Source of the DNA: Octopus vulgaris
Taxonomy: Eukaryota
Length of the DNA: 64,000 nucleotides
Reading direction: 5' to 3'
Assembly: GCA_951406725.2 (NCBI GenBank)
Contig: OX597826.1
Span: 35,836,001 to 35,900,000, forward strand
The notes below the pieces were generated by a model. That model saw nothing but the letters and a program-made list of their open reading frames with translations. It searched no databases and was not told the origin of the DNA. Position 1 is the stretch's first letter. Every line of letters starts with the position of its first letter. Position numbers and translations under genes: made by a program. Shown piece after piece: positions 1-13,322 of the stretch.

Positions 1-1123
1 GATTGTTTGTGACTGTGTATTTTAGTCTCTTTCTCGTGCAGCTTGCACTGATTATAAACAAATGTCACAAGAAATTTATGCATTTCATATTCCTCATTAT
101 AAATTCTAATAGCCGTTTTCCAAACAGCCTCCTTTAACCTTCATTCAGCTTCACTTTCGTACAAAAATAATGACTTTTCAGTTAGAATATTTTAAAGAAT
201 GAATTGTATACAAAATTAGAACCACGTCAACCAAATGACGACATTTTGCTTCATAGGAAATTATGCTAAGATCTACTACTGTCTTTGAAAAAAACGAAAA
301 TGAAAGAAAAATCTGCATATATTAATTGTCTATTAAATGACAATAATATACCACTTAGGTTTATATTTGTTTTCAAAATGTCCACAATATTTCATTGAAT
401 AAATCCTGCTTCAGCAAAATGGAAACATGGCAAATTTTTTTAAAGAGATTCAAAACTAAATGTTTGGATTTTGTCAGAAGTTGGTAATGGGAAGATAAAG
501 AATAATTTGCTAGGAATTCTAAAGAAATGACCCAATGATATAATAATTCATTGCCATTTAAGATCCTGCTTTCTCTTTTTATCCACAATTTTACTGTAAC
601 AGAGAAAATTTATGGCTATTCTTTAATTACTTTGGAATTTTAACTAACGATTTAGAATTTTAATGTAGCTATCAGCAGTGTAGAGTGAATAAATTACAAT
701 ATGATAGCAGGAGGTAGTTTCAAGACTGAAAATATAATGTGAGTTTCTAAAACTGTTAATCCTGGCAGCTTCCACCACCACTAAAAACTAAGAAAATTAA
801 ATAAATAAAAATATAAATTAAATAAATAACTATTAAAAAAAATTCATTTATTTGTAGATCCACTTTTCCATACTACCATGGGTTGTATGCAAATATTGTT
901 AAGGTATTTTTTACAGCCTGATGCCCTGCCTGTTATTAACCTTTAACTGTTTCTCAACTAAAACATATCTTATTCTACACATCTTTCCAAATGTGAATCG
1001 AGTGCACTAATTTTTGACAGAAGAAACAATAACAACAACAACATTCATAGGTCATCACATTTGAAGGCTGCAAATACAAGCAAACATTCAAACCTACGCA
1101 TATGAATTCATATATATAAATAT

Positions 1124-1189
1124 GTGTGTGTGTGTGTATCTATCTATTTATCTATCTGTCTATCTATCTATCTGACTGCCTATTCTGCA

Positions 1190-1246
<57 letters not shown>

Positions 1247-1489
1247 CTGCCTGTTTATCTGTCTATCTATCTGTCTATCACTCTGCCTGTCTCTCTGTCT
1301 GTCTACCTCTCTAACTATCTATCTGTCTATCTATCTGTCTGTCTATCTATCTGTCTGTCTGTCTGCCTATCTATTTATCTGTCTGTCTGTCTGTCTGACT
1401 ATCTATCTATCTGTCTGTCTATTTATCTGTTTATCCATCCATCCATTCATCCATCCATCATTCCATATATATATATATATATATATATA
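1124..1489. repeat. Compound (TG)n/(TATC)n/(TCTG)n/(TCCA)n/(TA)n microsatellite
   Basis: Direct inspection; explains ORFs 1124..1558 and 1126..1314. Confidence 0.95.
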
Positions 1490-1640
1490 GTGAGAATTTA
1501 CAAAAAAACAAAAAACAAAAGATGGGTGTGTAAACAACAAACAGATGTATTAGTTTAGCACTCAACAGAAAGGAACACAGAAATAAACAGGGAGAGAAGC
1601 TAGAAAAGGTTTAGTGGCTAGCAATCTATCATGGTGACAA
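1490..1640 (-). mobile_element. Internally deleted fragment of a Penelope-like terminal repeat (same family as 41280-41487)
   Basis: Reverse complement resembles 41340-41487 (gtgtgtaaacaacaaacagatgtattagttt ... caacagaaaggaacacag); abuts (TA)n; hammerhead segment deleted. Confidence 0.5.
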
Positions 1641-1794
1641 TAGGAAAACACAGAAAGTACAAAAAAGTTTAGAAAAGTTTAAAAGGTTCAAACGTTATGG
1701 TATATTGGAGCAATTTCTCATCAAAGGAAGAGTCCAGTGTAATCCATAGGTAGTAGAGGTGCAGCCAAAATATAGGAGTCCTACATCTAGAGTA

Positions 1795-1945
1795 TTTGAG
1801 TAGTCCTAAGCAGTGCTGTTTTCTGCAAGTGCTCCACCCTTATTTGTTTCATGTACTTCTCAAGATTTTTACTCACTGTTCCCAGGGCTCCAACAGTTAT
1901 TGGTACTACTACCACCTTTTTCAGTGACCACAACTGCTTAATCAT
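1795..1945 (-). mobile_element. R4/Dong-like non-LTR retrotransposon 3' fragment (restriction-like endonuclease C-terminus)
   Basis: Minus-strand translation IKQLWSLKKVVVVPITVGALGTVSKNLEKYMKQIRVEHLQKTALL, typical of the REL-domain tail; abuts an ATT repeat. Confidence 0.7.
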
Positions 1946-1959
1946 CATTATTATTATTG

Positions 1960-2290
1960 CCTTTGCACAGCTTCTAACACTGAAGATGTACTACGAGTGA
2001 ACTAAGGTAACACCTCTTATTTTTCGAGCACCTTCCGGAGTATCTGAGCGGTTCCAAGCAGATTGCAGCCCCTATTTGTTCTATGTACTTGTTGAAATTT
2101 TTACTCACTGTTTCCAGGGCTCCAACAATTATTGGTACTACTACCACCTTTTTCATCGACTACTACTGCTTAACCTCCTAAGCTAACTTGTCATATCTAT
2201 CGACTTTTCTTTCTTCCTTTTCACATACCTTGTTGTCAGCTGGGCATGCTATATCTATGATCCAGCATAGTTTGTTTTCTTTCTCAATTT
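1960..2290 (-). mobile_element. R4/Dong-like non-LTR retrotransposon 3' fragment, second copy
   Basis: Translation IEKENKLCWIIDIACPADNKVCEKEERKVDRYDKLA*EVKQ...KKVVVVPIIVGALETVSKNFNKY, with stops; fused to a long (TAA)n tract. Confidence 0.75.
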
Positions 2291-2360
2291 ATTATTATAA
2301 TTATTATTATTATTATTACTATTATTATTATTATTATTATTACTATTATTATTACTATTA

Positions 2361-2412
<52 letters not shown>

Positions 2413-2480
2413 TACTATTATTATTATTATTAGTAGTAGTAGTATTATTCATCATCATTATCATTATTATTATTATTTCT
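2288..2480. repeat. (TTA)n/(TAG)n trinucleotide microsatellite
   Basis: Direct inspection. Confidence 0.95.
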
Positions 2481-3074
2481 ACTATATCCATAACTCTTAT
2501 TCGCATCTTCAGCTTGACACAATAAAACAACACATTTTACAAATAGGAGAACCACTTTAAATCATGGAATTCAATGCCAGGATTCTTTACTTGATAATGT
2601 TGTAATTGCCATTCACAGAATGAATGAAGAATAAGCAAGGCTTGTCTACTATAAAAATTCTTATCAATAGTTAAATTTACAAGTTTTATGCAACATTTTA
2701 CTGATACCAAATAGTTTTCGAAAATCATTATTACAATCTTAGTCAGGGCTTTTGAGAAAACGCGATAAATATATACAATTTGCATAATGGGAAAATAGTT
2801 TTGGTAAGCCATATGGAAGCAAATAATAATAGTGTTGTTTGCTTTGATATTTTACATACATGGCGAACTCTTGTAAAAGCATTGTGGAATCGTATAGAAA
2901 TTGCAAATAATATTGTGCAAATGAGAAAAGAACAAGATGAAATGTGCTTATTAATGTTTCGTTTGCAGTTTACAGCAGAGATAAGCATTTTTTTTTTCCA
3001 ATTTTTAATAATTTTTAATATCTTGACAAACAATGCAAACATTTGTACAATCAAGTATAATGTGATATATTGTA

Positions 3075-3165
3075 TGTGTTTGTGTGTGTGTGTGTGTGTA
3101 CATGCCTGCTTGTGTACATGTTTGTAAGGATGTGTGTGTATATGGGACTCGTTTTCTTTCTCTTT

Positions 3166-3237
<72 letters not shown>

Positions 3238-3620
3238 TTATATATATATATAATATATAATACATACATGTGTATTTACATATATATGTATATATATATA
3301 TATGTGTGTGTGTGTAAATATATATATATATATATATATATGGGTATGTGTATATATATATTGGTATGTATATATATATAAACACACACACACACACACA
3401 TATATATATACATACATATATATCATGTATATACACTTACATATATATGTATATCCATACACATGTTCAATTATGTATACACAACATATATATATATGGT
3501 GTATGATATATTGCTCTATAATAGTGAGTGATATTTGTATGTATACAAACACACACATACATGCATATGCACCTGCAAACACACACGTGCATGTGTGTGA
3601 ATGTGTTTGTATGTATTAAG
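3075..3620. repeat. (TG)n/(TC)n/(TA)n/(CA)n compound microsatellite region
   Basis: Direct inspection. Confidence 0.9.
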
Positions 3621-4084
3621 ATGAAATCCATTTATCTAGAAATATCAAAGACTATTAACTGTTATCATGCTGCTAAAGCAATTGTACGATTGAATATATT
3701 GAAATGACTTCATGAAATAACACACACACATACGCGCACACACACACATACACACACATACATACACATGCACACAACTGCAACTGCACACACGGCCGTA
3801 AAAGAAAGTACATCGACGCATCTTATCACTATGTAACAATTATGACAAACCATATCTGAGTGTTAGCAAAGAGTCTAACAAAACAATTACAGTGTGTAAA
3901 TATATATATGTGTGTGTACATCTTGCTGACTAATCAAGCATGCACTGAAACAGACTCACGAGGAAAGTAGTCACTTGGAAAACATTATATCGGTTAAATT
4001 GAAATGTATATTCATTATACATACATATTTTATTTTTCATACTGTGTCTCAAAACAGACATGCATACATATAAGTGTAGGTTTA

Positions 4085-4343
<259 letters not shown>

Positions 4344-4559
4344 TTAATGACTGTTCTCCATGCCAACATTGGTTGAACTGTTTGGCAGGTGCTGGCAAGG
4401 TCAGGAGCCAAACCAGGTTCCATTGTCTGTTCTGGTACGGTTTCTACAGCTCTTCCTAATGCTAACCCCTCCACTGTCTATTGGGCGCCTTTTATGTGGC
4501 ACCAATATTAATTCTACTGAGGTAGATGTGTCTTCTTGAGCACAGTACTGCACTAAATA

Positions 4560-4927
4560 TCTTGGTCCTTCATAAGGCTGAGTATCTTGAGATCAGCCTT
4601 CAGTACTTTGTCCCATATCCTCCTGGGTCCTCACTTTTCAACAATTGCTATCCACTTTAAGTGATTGGCACTTCTGTTTGGTCATGTATTATGCATAACA
4701 CATGACCAAACCAATGCAGTCTTCTCTCTGTGCACACTGCATCTGATTCCTTTTCCCTTAATACGTCAGTGCTCTGTTGCACATGCAAACTGGCATTGCA
4801 CATCCAGCAGAGCATAGTAGCTTCATTCCTCTCTAGCCTTCACATATCTTCTGCATTCAGGGCCCATTTCTCACTACCATGTAGCATTGCTGTTCGTATA
4901 CATGCATCATACTGTCTTCCCTTCACT

Positions 4928-4961
<34 letters not shown>

Positions 4962-5095
4962 AAGAGAGAGACCTTTGGTTGCCAAGCTCTTTGAATTTTC
5001 TCTATCCTATCCTTATTCTAGCGATTTCACTTTGTGTGCATCCTCCCACACAGCTAATTAGGTCCCCTGGGTTGCAGATACTGTCCCACTACCAC
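4560..5095 (-). mobile_element. RTE-clade LINE reverse transcriptase C-terminal fragment (degenerate)
   Basis: Minus-strand translation VKGRQYDACIRTAMLHGSEKWALNAEDM*RLERNEATMLCWMC...RRLHWFGHV...GPRRIWDKVLKADL; interrupted by (GA)n. Confidence 0.75.
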
Positions 5096-5600
5096 TAAGG
5101 AGACTTCAGGGCATTTAAGAAAATTGATTCCCTGGGTATCTGTAGGTTTTTCGCTCTTGTGCTTCTTCCACAAGCAAACACTACTGTCTCTGACAACCCT
5201 CTTATTATTCCACTGCACTTCTTGTGTGTTAATAACTTGTAATGAGTATAATTATTCATTGATTTATGTGTTTGTTTGTTTATTTATTTATACAAATGGT
5301 TGAGAATTTAAGAATTTCACTAAGCAACCACAAAGCTTCATGGTCAGTTCCACTTTATTGCACTGTTGATGTCAGTGCACCAGGGTGGATGGATGAGCCA
5401 TTGTGCCAGCTGATTACACCAAAAGTCTATGGGGTTGGTGCACCTGTCGATTCCAGCCTGTCTAGCTAAGCAGTAGTTGACAAAAGCAAGCAACAAATCT
5501 GTATGTCTATGTTCAAGTCACATGAATATATCAACAGGAGACATTAGCTGAACGCTAATCCACTCTTAATTATTAAACATTTTAATAATAATAATATCAG

Positions 5601-6275
5601 TACATTATTTACAGTGGATGGATAGGTGTTGTCATCTTGTTTGTTGTTACCACAACGTTTTAAATGATGTACTCTCCAGCCTTCATCAGGTGTTCTGGTG
5701 GAATTTCAAACCCAACCCTTTATTTGACTAATGGGGTATAGCCAATCTTGTATAGCAAAATGGAGACCACCTCCAGCTGTGGAATGAAGTTAAAATAATC
5801 AACAGAGAACACCATTGGAAAATATGAAAATTAAAAGAGGTTCTGCATATGCTAGGACACTATAACCTCCTAAGCAGGTCTAGTGCAGATATAAATATAA
5901 TATGGGAGGGAACCAGTATTAAGAAGAGGTAAAATACTAGGTTTATAAGCTCTAAAATTCACTCTATAATTGCCTGTGGGCATGTAGAGTAGTGGATAAG
6001 AGCGCAGGCTACTAACCCTCAGATCTTAAGTTCAATCGCAGACAGAGACTTGAAAAATAATACCAACAGAAAAATAACAGCAGCAACACACCTTAGAAAT
6101 GAGAACAGTGTACCCTGTTAGTCAAATAAAGGGTTGGGTTCGAAATTACACCAGAACACCTGATGAAGGCTGAAGAGTATACCAGCCGAAACGTGATTAC
6201 AACAAACAAGATGAGGAAGATATATATCTGTCTATTGTAAATAATGTACAGAATTCTTCATCCCCCAAAATACAG
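5601..6275 (+). mobile_element. Non-autonomous Penelope-like element: inverted 5' tail copy, tRNA-like head, hammerhead-bearing tail
   Basis: Inverted arms ~5601-5738 / 6111-6249; tRNA-like segment ~5985-6050; flanking duplication aataat(a/g)atatcagta at 5587-5602 and 6276-6291; homologous to 28105-28564. Confidence 0.7.
6155..6198 (+). ncRNA. Minimal type I hammerhead ribozyme motif (cleavage-site region degenerate)
   Basis: AACAC-CTGATGA-A-GGCTG(10 nt)CAGCC-GAAAC-GTG; sister copies have AAAC-GTT-GTG, giving a palindromic stem III and a CAC/GTG stem I. Confidence 0.6.
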
Positions 6276-6309
6276 AATAATGATATCAGTAACACTATTA
6301 TTATTAAAC

Positions 6310-6533
6310 CTTTCTACTCCAGGCACAAGGCCAGCAATTTTGAGGGATTAATCAATTCTTCATCCCCCAAAATACATCAACCCCACTTCTGAACTGATTC
6401 TTATTTAATCAATCCTGAAAGGGTAAAAAGTAAAGTTGGCCTTGCCAGGATTTGAACTCAGAACATAAAGATGAACAGAATGTTGCTAAGCCTTTTGCCT
6501 GACCTGCTAACAATTCAGCCAATTCACTGCCTT
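6310..6533 (-). mobile_element. tRNA-derived SINE with Meta-like central domain (family A)
   Basis: Reverse complement resembles 11394-11610 and 48387-48610. Confidence 0.7.
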
Positions 6534-6559
6534 AGTAACTCTAATTATAATAATACTAA

Positions 6560-6760
6560 TTCCAAATTTTGATACAAAGCTAGCAAATTCGGGGGAGGGA
6601 CTAAGTCTATTACATCGACCCCAGTGTTTTACTGGTATTTATTTTATCGACCCCAGAAGGATGAAAGGCAAAGTCGATCTCGGCAGAATTTGAACTCAGA
6701 ACATAAAGACAGACAAAATGCCACTAAGCATGCTAACAATTCTGGCCACTCACTGCCTTT
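6560..6760 (-). mobile_element. tRNA-derived SINE family A
   Basis: Contains gaccccagaaggatgaaaggcaaagtcga...gaatttgaactcagaac (reverse B-box plus central domain). Confidence 0.8.
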
Positions 6761-7419
6761 GGTAAATCCATTTCTGATAATATTAAGAATCATCATTTCT
6801 GACATAGGTGCAAAGTCAGAAAATTGAGACTGGAACAGTCAGTTTTATGACACTGCACCACCTTAAGACATGAGCCCACAGAGCAGCTGTCTGCCAACTC
6901 CACGGACTCTGGAGCCTCACAGATTGATGAAACCCACAGGTCGTGGTGCTCAATGAGAATTTATATATGCTTTGGTTGTGTATGTAGTGACCCTCACTGC
7001 ATTGCTTTCTGAAGGGCCTATAATATTTTAAAGACAGCTCTGTATTTACTACCCCTTTCTTACCGACTTCATTTACTGGTTGATGCTTATTTGATCAAAC
7101 TTAGAAGGAACAGAAAGTCAGAGTCAACCCCAATGCAGTTTGAATTCAGGCCATAGAAGAGCTTTTGTCGAATGCTCCAATGAATTTGTCAATTTTAATC
7201 ACCATCATTTCACCGTCCGCTTTGCCATGCTTGCATTAGTCAGATTTTCCAAGCCTTTCCTGTCTGCAACCCTCACCTGTTTCTAAGCGGAGGTAATATT
7301 TCCCTATGACCAGACATGTTTTCATAGAAGACTAGAAATGATTGACACTGCTTATATAACAATGAAATTCATTTACAACTGTCATGCAATGACAGGACAA
7401 AGGTAGTCCCACACACACA

Positions 7420-7580
7420 TACAACAGGCTGTGTCAGTCTCCATCGACCATATCCATCCACAAATCTTTTGATGGACTGGGGCGATCTAGAGAACATTTG
7501 TCCAGGGTTCCATGCAGTGGGGTTGAACCTAAAACCATGTTGTTTGGAAGCAAACTCCTTAACTACACAGCTAATCCATG
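7420..7580 (-). mobile_element. tRNA-derived SINE family B, 5' part (degenerate)
   Basis: Similar to the reverse complement of 21158-21320. Confidence 0.6.
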
Positions 7581-8089
7581 TATTTGCACAACAGTAAAGA
7601 GAATAATAATGAAAAGAAAAAAACTTAGCCTTTTCCATGCTTGTAGAGGAGTGAGCAATCAATTTAAATGAACTGGATAATTAGTCTAACGCTAAAGGGT
7701 TTACAAGTTAAACCAGAAATGAACACCACTAATAACTACAAGGCACTTTGAAACATTACACTTCTGATTTTGCTAGACACCATATTCTTCATCTTCTACT
7801 ACTACTACTTATAATAATAAAAATAATAATAATAATAACAACAACAAGGTATCAAAATGTTTAAAATTTGGAGTTTGAATTAATTTTGTTTCCAAAACGT
7901 ATTTTTTGAACCCAATTATTTTTGTTTATTGAAATTCATTTTGTTGGAGGCGTGAATTTAATTTTTGACACTAAAATGTAAAGTTGAAACTTCAAAAAAC
8001 GTTCAGGAAAAGTTTAGAAACTTATTAAATGCAAGTGAATTAATTAGTATTTGTATCAAAGGGATGAAACTCTAATAAGTGCCCATGTG

Positions 8090-9000
<911 letters not shown>

Positions 9001-9539
9001 GTATGTATATATGGATGATTGTGTGCATTGCTTGAGGCAGAAATCACATTATTAGCCAACGAAATATAAGCTTCTAAAATATTCCTATAAAGTTTGCATA
9101 AAAATACACTGCCATACACATCCATACACACATCTACACATGCACACACATATGGTATTTATATAAATACACATGAGTGTATATAAATGTGTGCATAAAT
9201 ATATATATATGTGTTTATATTTTTATATGCATATGAATATCAACTCATACATATATGTATGCACACGCACACACCTATATATATATCTACACATATACAT
9301 GCATGCATATGTATGTATACTACACTCAAATACATATGCATAGATATAACTTATTGTAAACAAATGAGGGAAAATGAACTCAATAGATGCAGTGGAGTAT
9401 AGTTATTTGTTCAAAGGTGATATTCCATTGCATCACTATATGCAACGTGTTGCCATGTAGGATGCTTCATGCAACTAAAAGATGATAGGGTAACAGATGA
9501 AGTGTTACTGCACTGATTCCAAATTGAACATGCAGTGAT

Positions 9540-10200
9540 CTTTCTCCAGCTGTCTATTTAAGGCTATATGTGGTTATGGTGCAGCCACACTTGGAATTTG
9601 CATTACCAGTGTGGAACCCCTATCTTGCTCTGGACATTGACCTCCTGGAAACTGTTCAGAGATGTGCTACCAAGCGAATACCCTCCATCAGGCATTTACC
9701 GTACTCTGAAACCCTTGCTTCCCAGGGCATAGATACATTAAAGCTCTGATGTCTGGCAACTGACTTGGTGATACCCACAAAATTATTGACCGTTGTGCCA
9801 ACAACCACCCTGAGCACCTTTTTGAGCGCTACATGTCTAACACACATGCGCATGTCTACAAAGTCAGAAAACAGCACAGTCCCCATGACTTTCGGAAACA
9901 TTTTGTCACACTCAGAGTTGCTAAAGCATGGAACAAACTACCTGCATCAGTTGTTAGCTGCTGAGACATTGCATCCCATAAAACCTTCATTCTTCCTGAA
10001 ATTCACCAACACTACACCTGATATCCCCGCCTCCATACTCATGCACACATGTATATCCTGACTGTTACACTGTTCACTTTCCTGACTTTTGTACATAATT
10101 CTATGTTCTGTACATGCACCTTTGATGAGTTGTAGTGCACCTGAGCACTATACACAATAATTTCATTATTACTATCATTGTTATTATTATTATTATTATG
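9540..10200 (+). mobile_element. CR1-group LINE 3' fragment with (ATT)n tail
   Basis: Translation SPAVYLRLYVVMVQPHLEFALPVWNPYLALDIDLLETVQRCATKRIPSIRHLPYSE, matching the CR1 RT C-terminal VRPHLEY..VW.P...D...LE.VQRRATK motif. Confidence 0.85.
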
Positions 10201-11099
10201 TGTAATTGAATATCGATGGTTGCAGACCAAGTCAGCCTTCATGCTATTTATCTGTTTAAACATTACACAAGGTTCATAATATTGTAAAAAAACTGTTCTG
10301 TGAGTCTTATATGGTTATACAAAATATAACCCTATATATGTGTTTAGCCTTATTCTGTTTATATCATTTCATTTTGTTTGTATGTCTACATTCCATCATG
10401 TTTGTTTTCCTCCTTGTCCCTTGTCAGTTCATTACTCGTCTCATCTTAAATATTATTTTATTTGTATATTGTATACCACATATTTTTTCATGTTTGTATG
10501 TTCACTCCCTGTCATGTTTGGGTCCCCTGTTCTTTCCAGCTGCTTCTCATCACTGACATTACCAAAGTGAAGGAATATTATAATTAAAGGTATGAAATGG
10601 CTGCTATCCTTTGGTCGATAACTCACGAGGATTTGACAGCATTCTGTGTATGTTTTTTGTTTGTTCTGTTTGTTTATGCTTATATATAGTATGTGCTTTT
10701 TCAACATGTATATACGTAAGTATGTATGTATGTATGTATGTATGTATATTTATGTTTGTATATCTATGTATGTATATCTATGTATGTATATCTATGTATG
10801 TATTGAATATTGTAAAAATTCAGCTGAGCATCACACTACATTTTTTTTATCTTCCCAAGTGTATAAGTGCTAAGGATTTCAATTACTAGTGTCTTCTTAT
10901 TTTTTAGGGTTACGGTAGCAGTCAAATCATGAAAATAGGAGCGCAACCATTTCACTGAAAATAAAATATGTGGGTATGTTTGTATAATAAAGTGATAGCA
11001 ATGCATAATGGTTTTTTAAGAGATTCTAAAGAATTATGTTCACATATGGATAGTGTTTCCTTTAAATGGATGTCAAGTTTGGTTCTGGCTGTAATAATA

Positions 11100-11300
11100 T
11101 TTTAATATCGGCAATATATTAGCGATATTTTGTCTAATTATTGGAATGGTATGATTTGGTGCTTAATTTTACGAGAGAATTATTAGGGATAAAAACTTTT
11201 ATGTGTGATATATAGGGAATTAAAACATAATACATGATATTGACAATTACTTTGTGTTCATAAGGTGGATTTTAAACAAAACAAATAATAATGATTGCTA
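11100..11300 (-). pseudogene. Possible highly degenerate Penelope-like ORF fragment
   Basis: Minus-strand NPPYEHKVIVNI resembles the WFNPPY...V.TNIG motif of PLE proteins; weak, single motif only. Confidence 0.25.
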
Positions 11301-11393
11301 TTTTTTTATGAGGTAGAAATGACAGTGTTTAAGAGGTAGGGAATGGAATGAAGAGGGGCTGCTAGGCTTAGCTGTATCAATATTTGTTTTCTG

Positions 11394-11610
11394 AAAGCAG
11401 CGAGCTGGCAGAAACATCAGCACGCCAGGTAAAATGCTTAGCGGTATTTCATGTCTTTATGTTCTGAGTTCAAATTACACCAAAGTCAACGTTGCCTTTC
11501 ATCCTTTTGGGGTCAATAAATTAAATACCAGTTGCATGTTGGGGTTGATCTAATCGACTACCCCCATTCCCCCAAAATTTTGAGCCTTGTGCCTAGAGTG
11601 GAAAAGAATA
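11394..11610 (+). mobile_element. tRNA-derived SINE family A, near full length
   Basis: A-box-like gagctggcagaa, B-box gagttcaaatt, central gcctttcatccttttggggtcaataaa, end gcctagagtggaaaagaata. Confidence 0.85.
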
Positions 11611-11721
11611 TTTGTTTATGTGAACATTTACCCCATCTTCCCATCTCTTGTTCTCACCTGTTTTGAGATCAGGTAAAGTACACACATTCACACATGTATG
11701 TATGTGGGTGTATATGTAGAT

Positions 11722-11875
11722 GCTGGCATGGCTGTGTGGTAAGAAGCTTGCTCCCCAACCACATGGTCTTGGGTCCAATCCCATTATGTGGTAACTTGGG
11801 CAAGTGTCTTCTACTATAGCCCTCAGTTTGGCCAAAACCTTGTTAGTAGATTTGATAGGCAGAAACTAAAAGTAT
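11722..11875 (+). mobile_element. tRNA-derived SINE family B, 5' part
   Basis: tggctgtgtggtaagaagcttgct...ttgggcaagtgtcttctactatagcc. Confidence 0.75.
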
Positions 11876-11925
11876 CTGTACATACATATGTGTGTGTGTG
11901 CGTGTGTATTCACACACACGCATAG

Positions 11926-11961
<36 letters not shown>

Positions 11962-12377
11962 TTGAGTAATTGAATGAATTATCTTATTAAGGATAATTCG
12001 AAAGATAACCGATACCTGGGTAGCAAATTCACATCAGAAAGAACACGGTTGAAGCTATGTCCCTAGGGCATAGACTACGTGTCTTCGTGTGGAAATTTGT
12101 ATGTTTATTTTAAAATTATAAGTATATGAAAGAATGGAGTTGAACGACTAGTTAACAAATATCCTTTATTCTCGACATATGTTTCGAAGGCTGCATATTC
12201 CTATTTCCGAAGGAATAAGGAGTACATTATGCAGATTTCTCATCAGGAAAATCAAGGAACTTATGTCGACCTTCGGAATTAGGAATATGCAGCCTTCGAA
12301 ACATATGTCGAGAATAAAGGATATTTGTTAACTAGTCGTTCAACTCCATTCTTTCATATACTTATAATTTTAAAATA
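11962..12377 (-). mobile_element. Young Penelope-like terminal fragment with 108-bp inverted repeat, inserted in (TA)n
   Basis: 12106-12213 and 12270-12377 are reverse complements with one mismatch seen; hairpin-rich segment 11975-12100; (TA)n on both sides. Confidence 0.75.
12163..12257 (-). ncRNA. Type I hammerhead ribozyme, apparently intact
   Basis: Minus strand: CCTTGATTTTC-CTGATGA-GAAATCTGCATA...TATGCAGCCTTC-GAAAC-ATAT-GTC-GAGAATAAAGG. Stem I pairs at 10 of 11 positions, the core is complete, the triplet is GUC, and stem III is palindromic (ACATATGT). Confidence 0.85.
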
Positions 12378-12427
12378 TATATATATATATATATAAATTA
12401 TGTTGTCTCACATGAAATGTATTTTAA

Positions 12428-12580
12428 ATGGGTTGGCGTTAGGAAGGGCATCCAGCTGTAGAAACTCTGCCAAATCAAGATTGGAGCCTGGTGCAACCAT
12501 CTGGTTCACCAGCCTTCAGTCAAAATCGTCCAACCCATGCTAGCATGGAAAGCGGACGTTAAACGATGATAATGATGATA
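12428..12580 (+). mobile_element. SINE family C / RTE-related 3' end with (GAT)n tail
   Basis: gggttggcgttaggaagggcatccagctgtagaaac...gcggacgttaaacgatgat, repeated at 41088-41257. Confidence 0.8.
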
Positions 12581-13045
12581 TATATACATATATATGAGGA
12601 TGTGTCAGTAAACATATATGTGTGTGGGTGTGATATATGCATGTGTGTTAGTTTGTATGTTTTTTTGTGGGTGGGTTGGTGTATATGTGTGAGTGTGCAT
12701 GCACATATACATGTGTGTATCGTATATTCAATCATATATATTTTGTTTTATCATATAGTCTTCAAAAGGTTTTCATTATCTCTTTGTTAAATTTAAAAGT
12801 AAATTAAATTTATATTTGACCAAAATATGTTTATTAATTTGTGGTGGTACATTAAATATAGTTCTTGACAAATTATTTTATTTTAATATTTTATTAATAT
12901 TGAATCTATATTTTGCATCATCATCATCATCATCATTTAATGTCCATGTTTCCATGGCTCAGACAGAATTCCTCAAGATGAATATTCTACATCTATATGC
13001 CCTTCCTGTCAACAACCATCACATATTTTCAAGCAACATAATATC

Positions 13046-13082
<37 letters not shown>

Positions 13083-13099
13083 GTGTCTATCTTATGTCT

Positions 13100-13322
13100 T
13101 TACTGCCCAAATGGGCTACACACGGAGGGGACAAACAAGAACAGACAAAAGCATTAAGTCAATTATATTGAGCCAAGTGTGTAACTGGTACTTGTTTAAT
13201 CAACCCTGAAAAGATGAAAGGCAAAGTCGACCTCGGCGGAATTTGAACTCATAACATAAAGACAAACAAAATACCACTAAGCATTTCATCCCACATGCTT
13301 ATGTTTCTGCCAGCTCGCCACC
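13100..13322 (-). mobile_element. tRNA-derived SINE family A variant
   Basis: gatgaaaggcaaagtcgacctcggcggaatttgaactc...tctgccagctcgcc. Confidence 0.75.
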
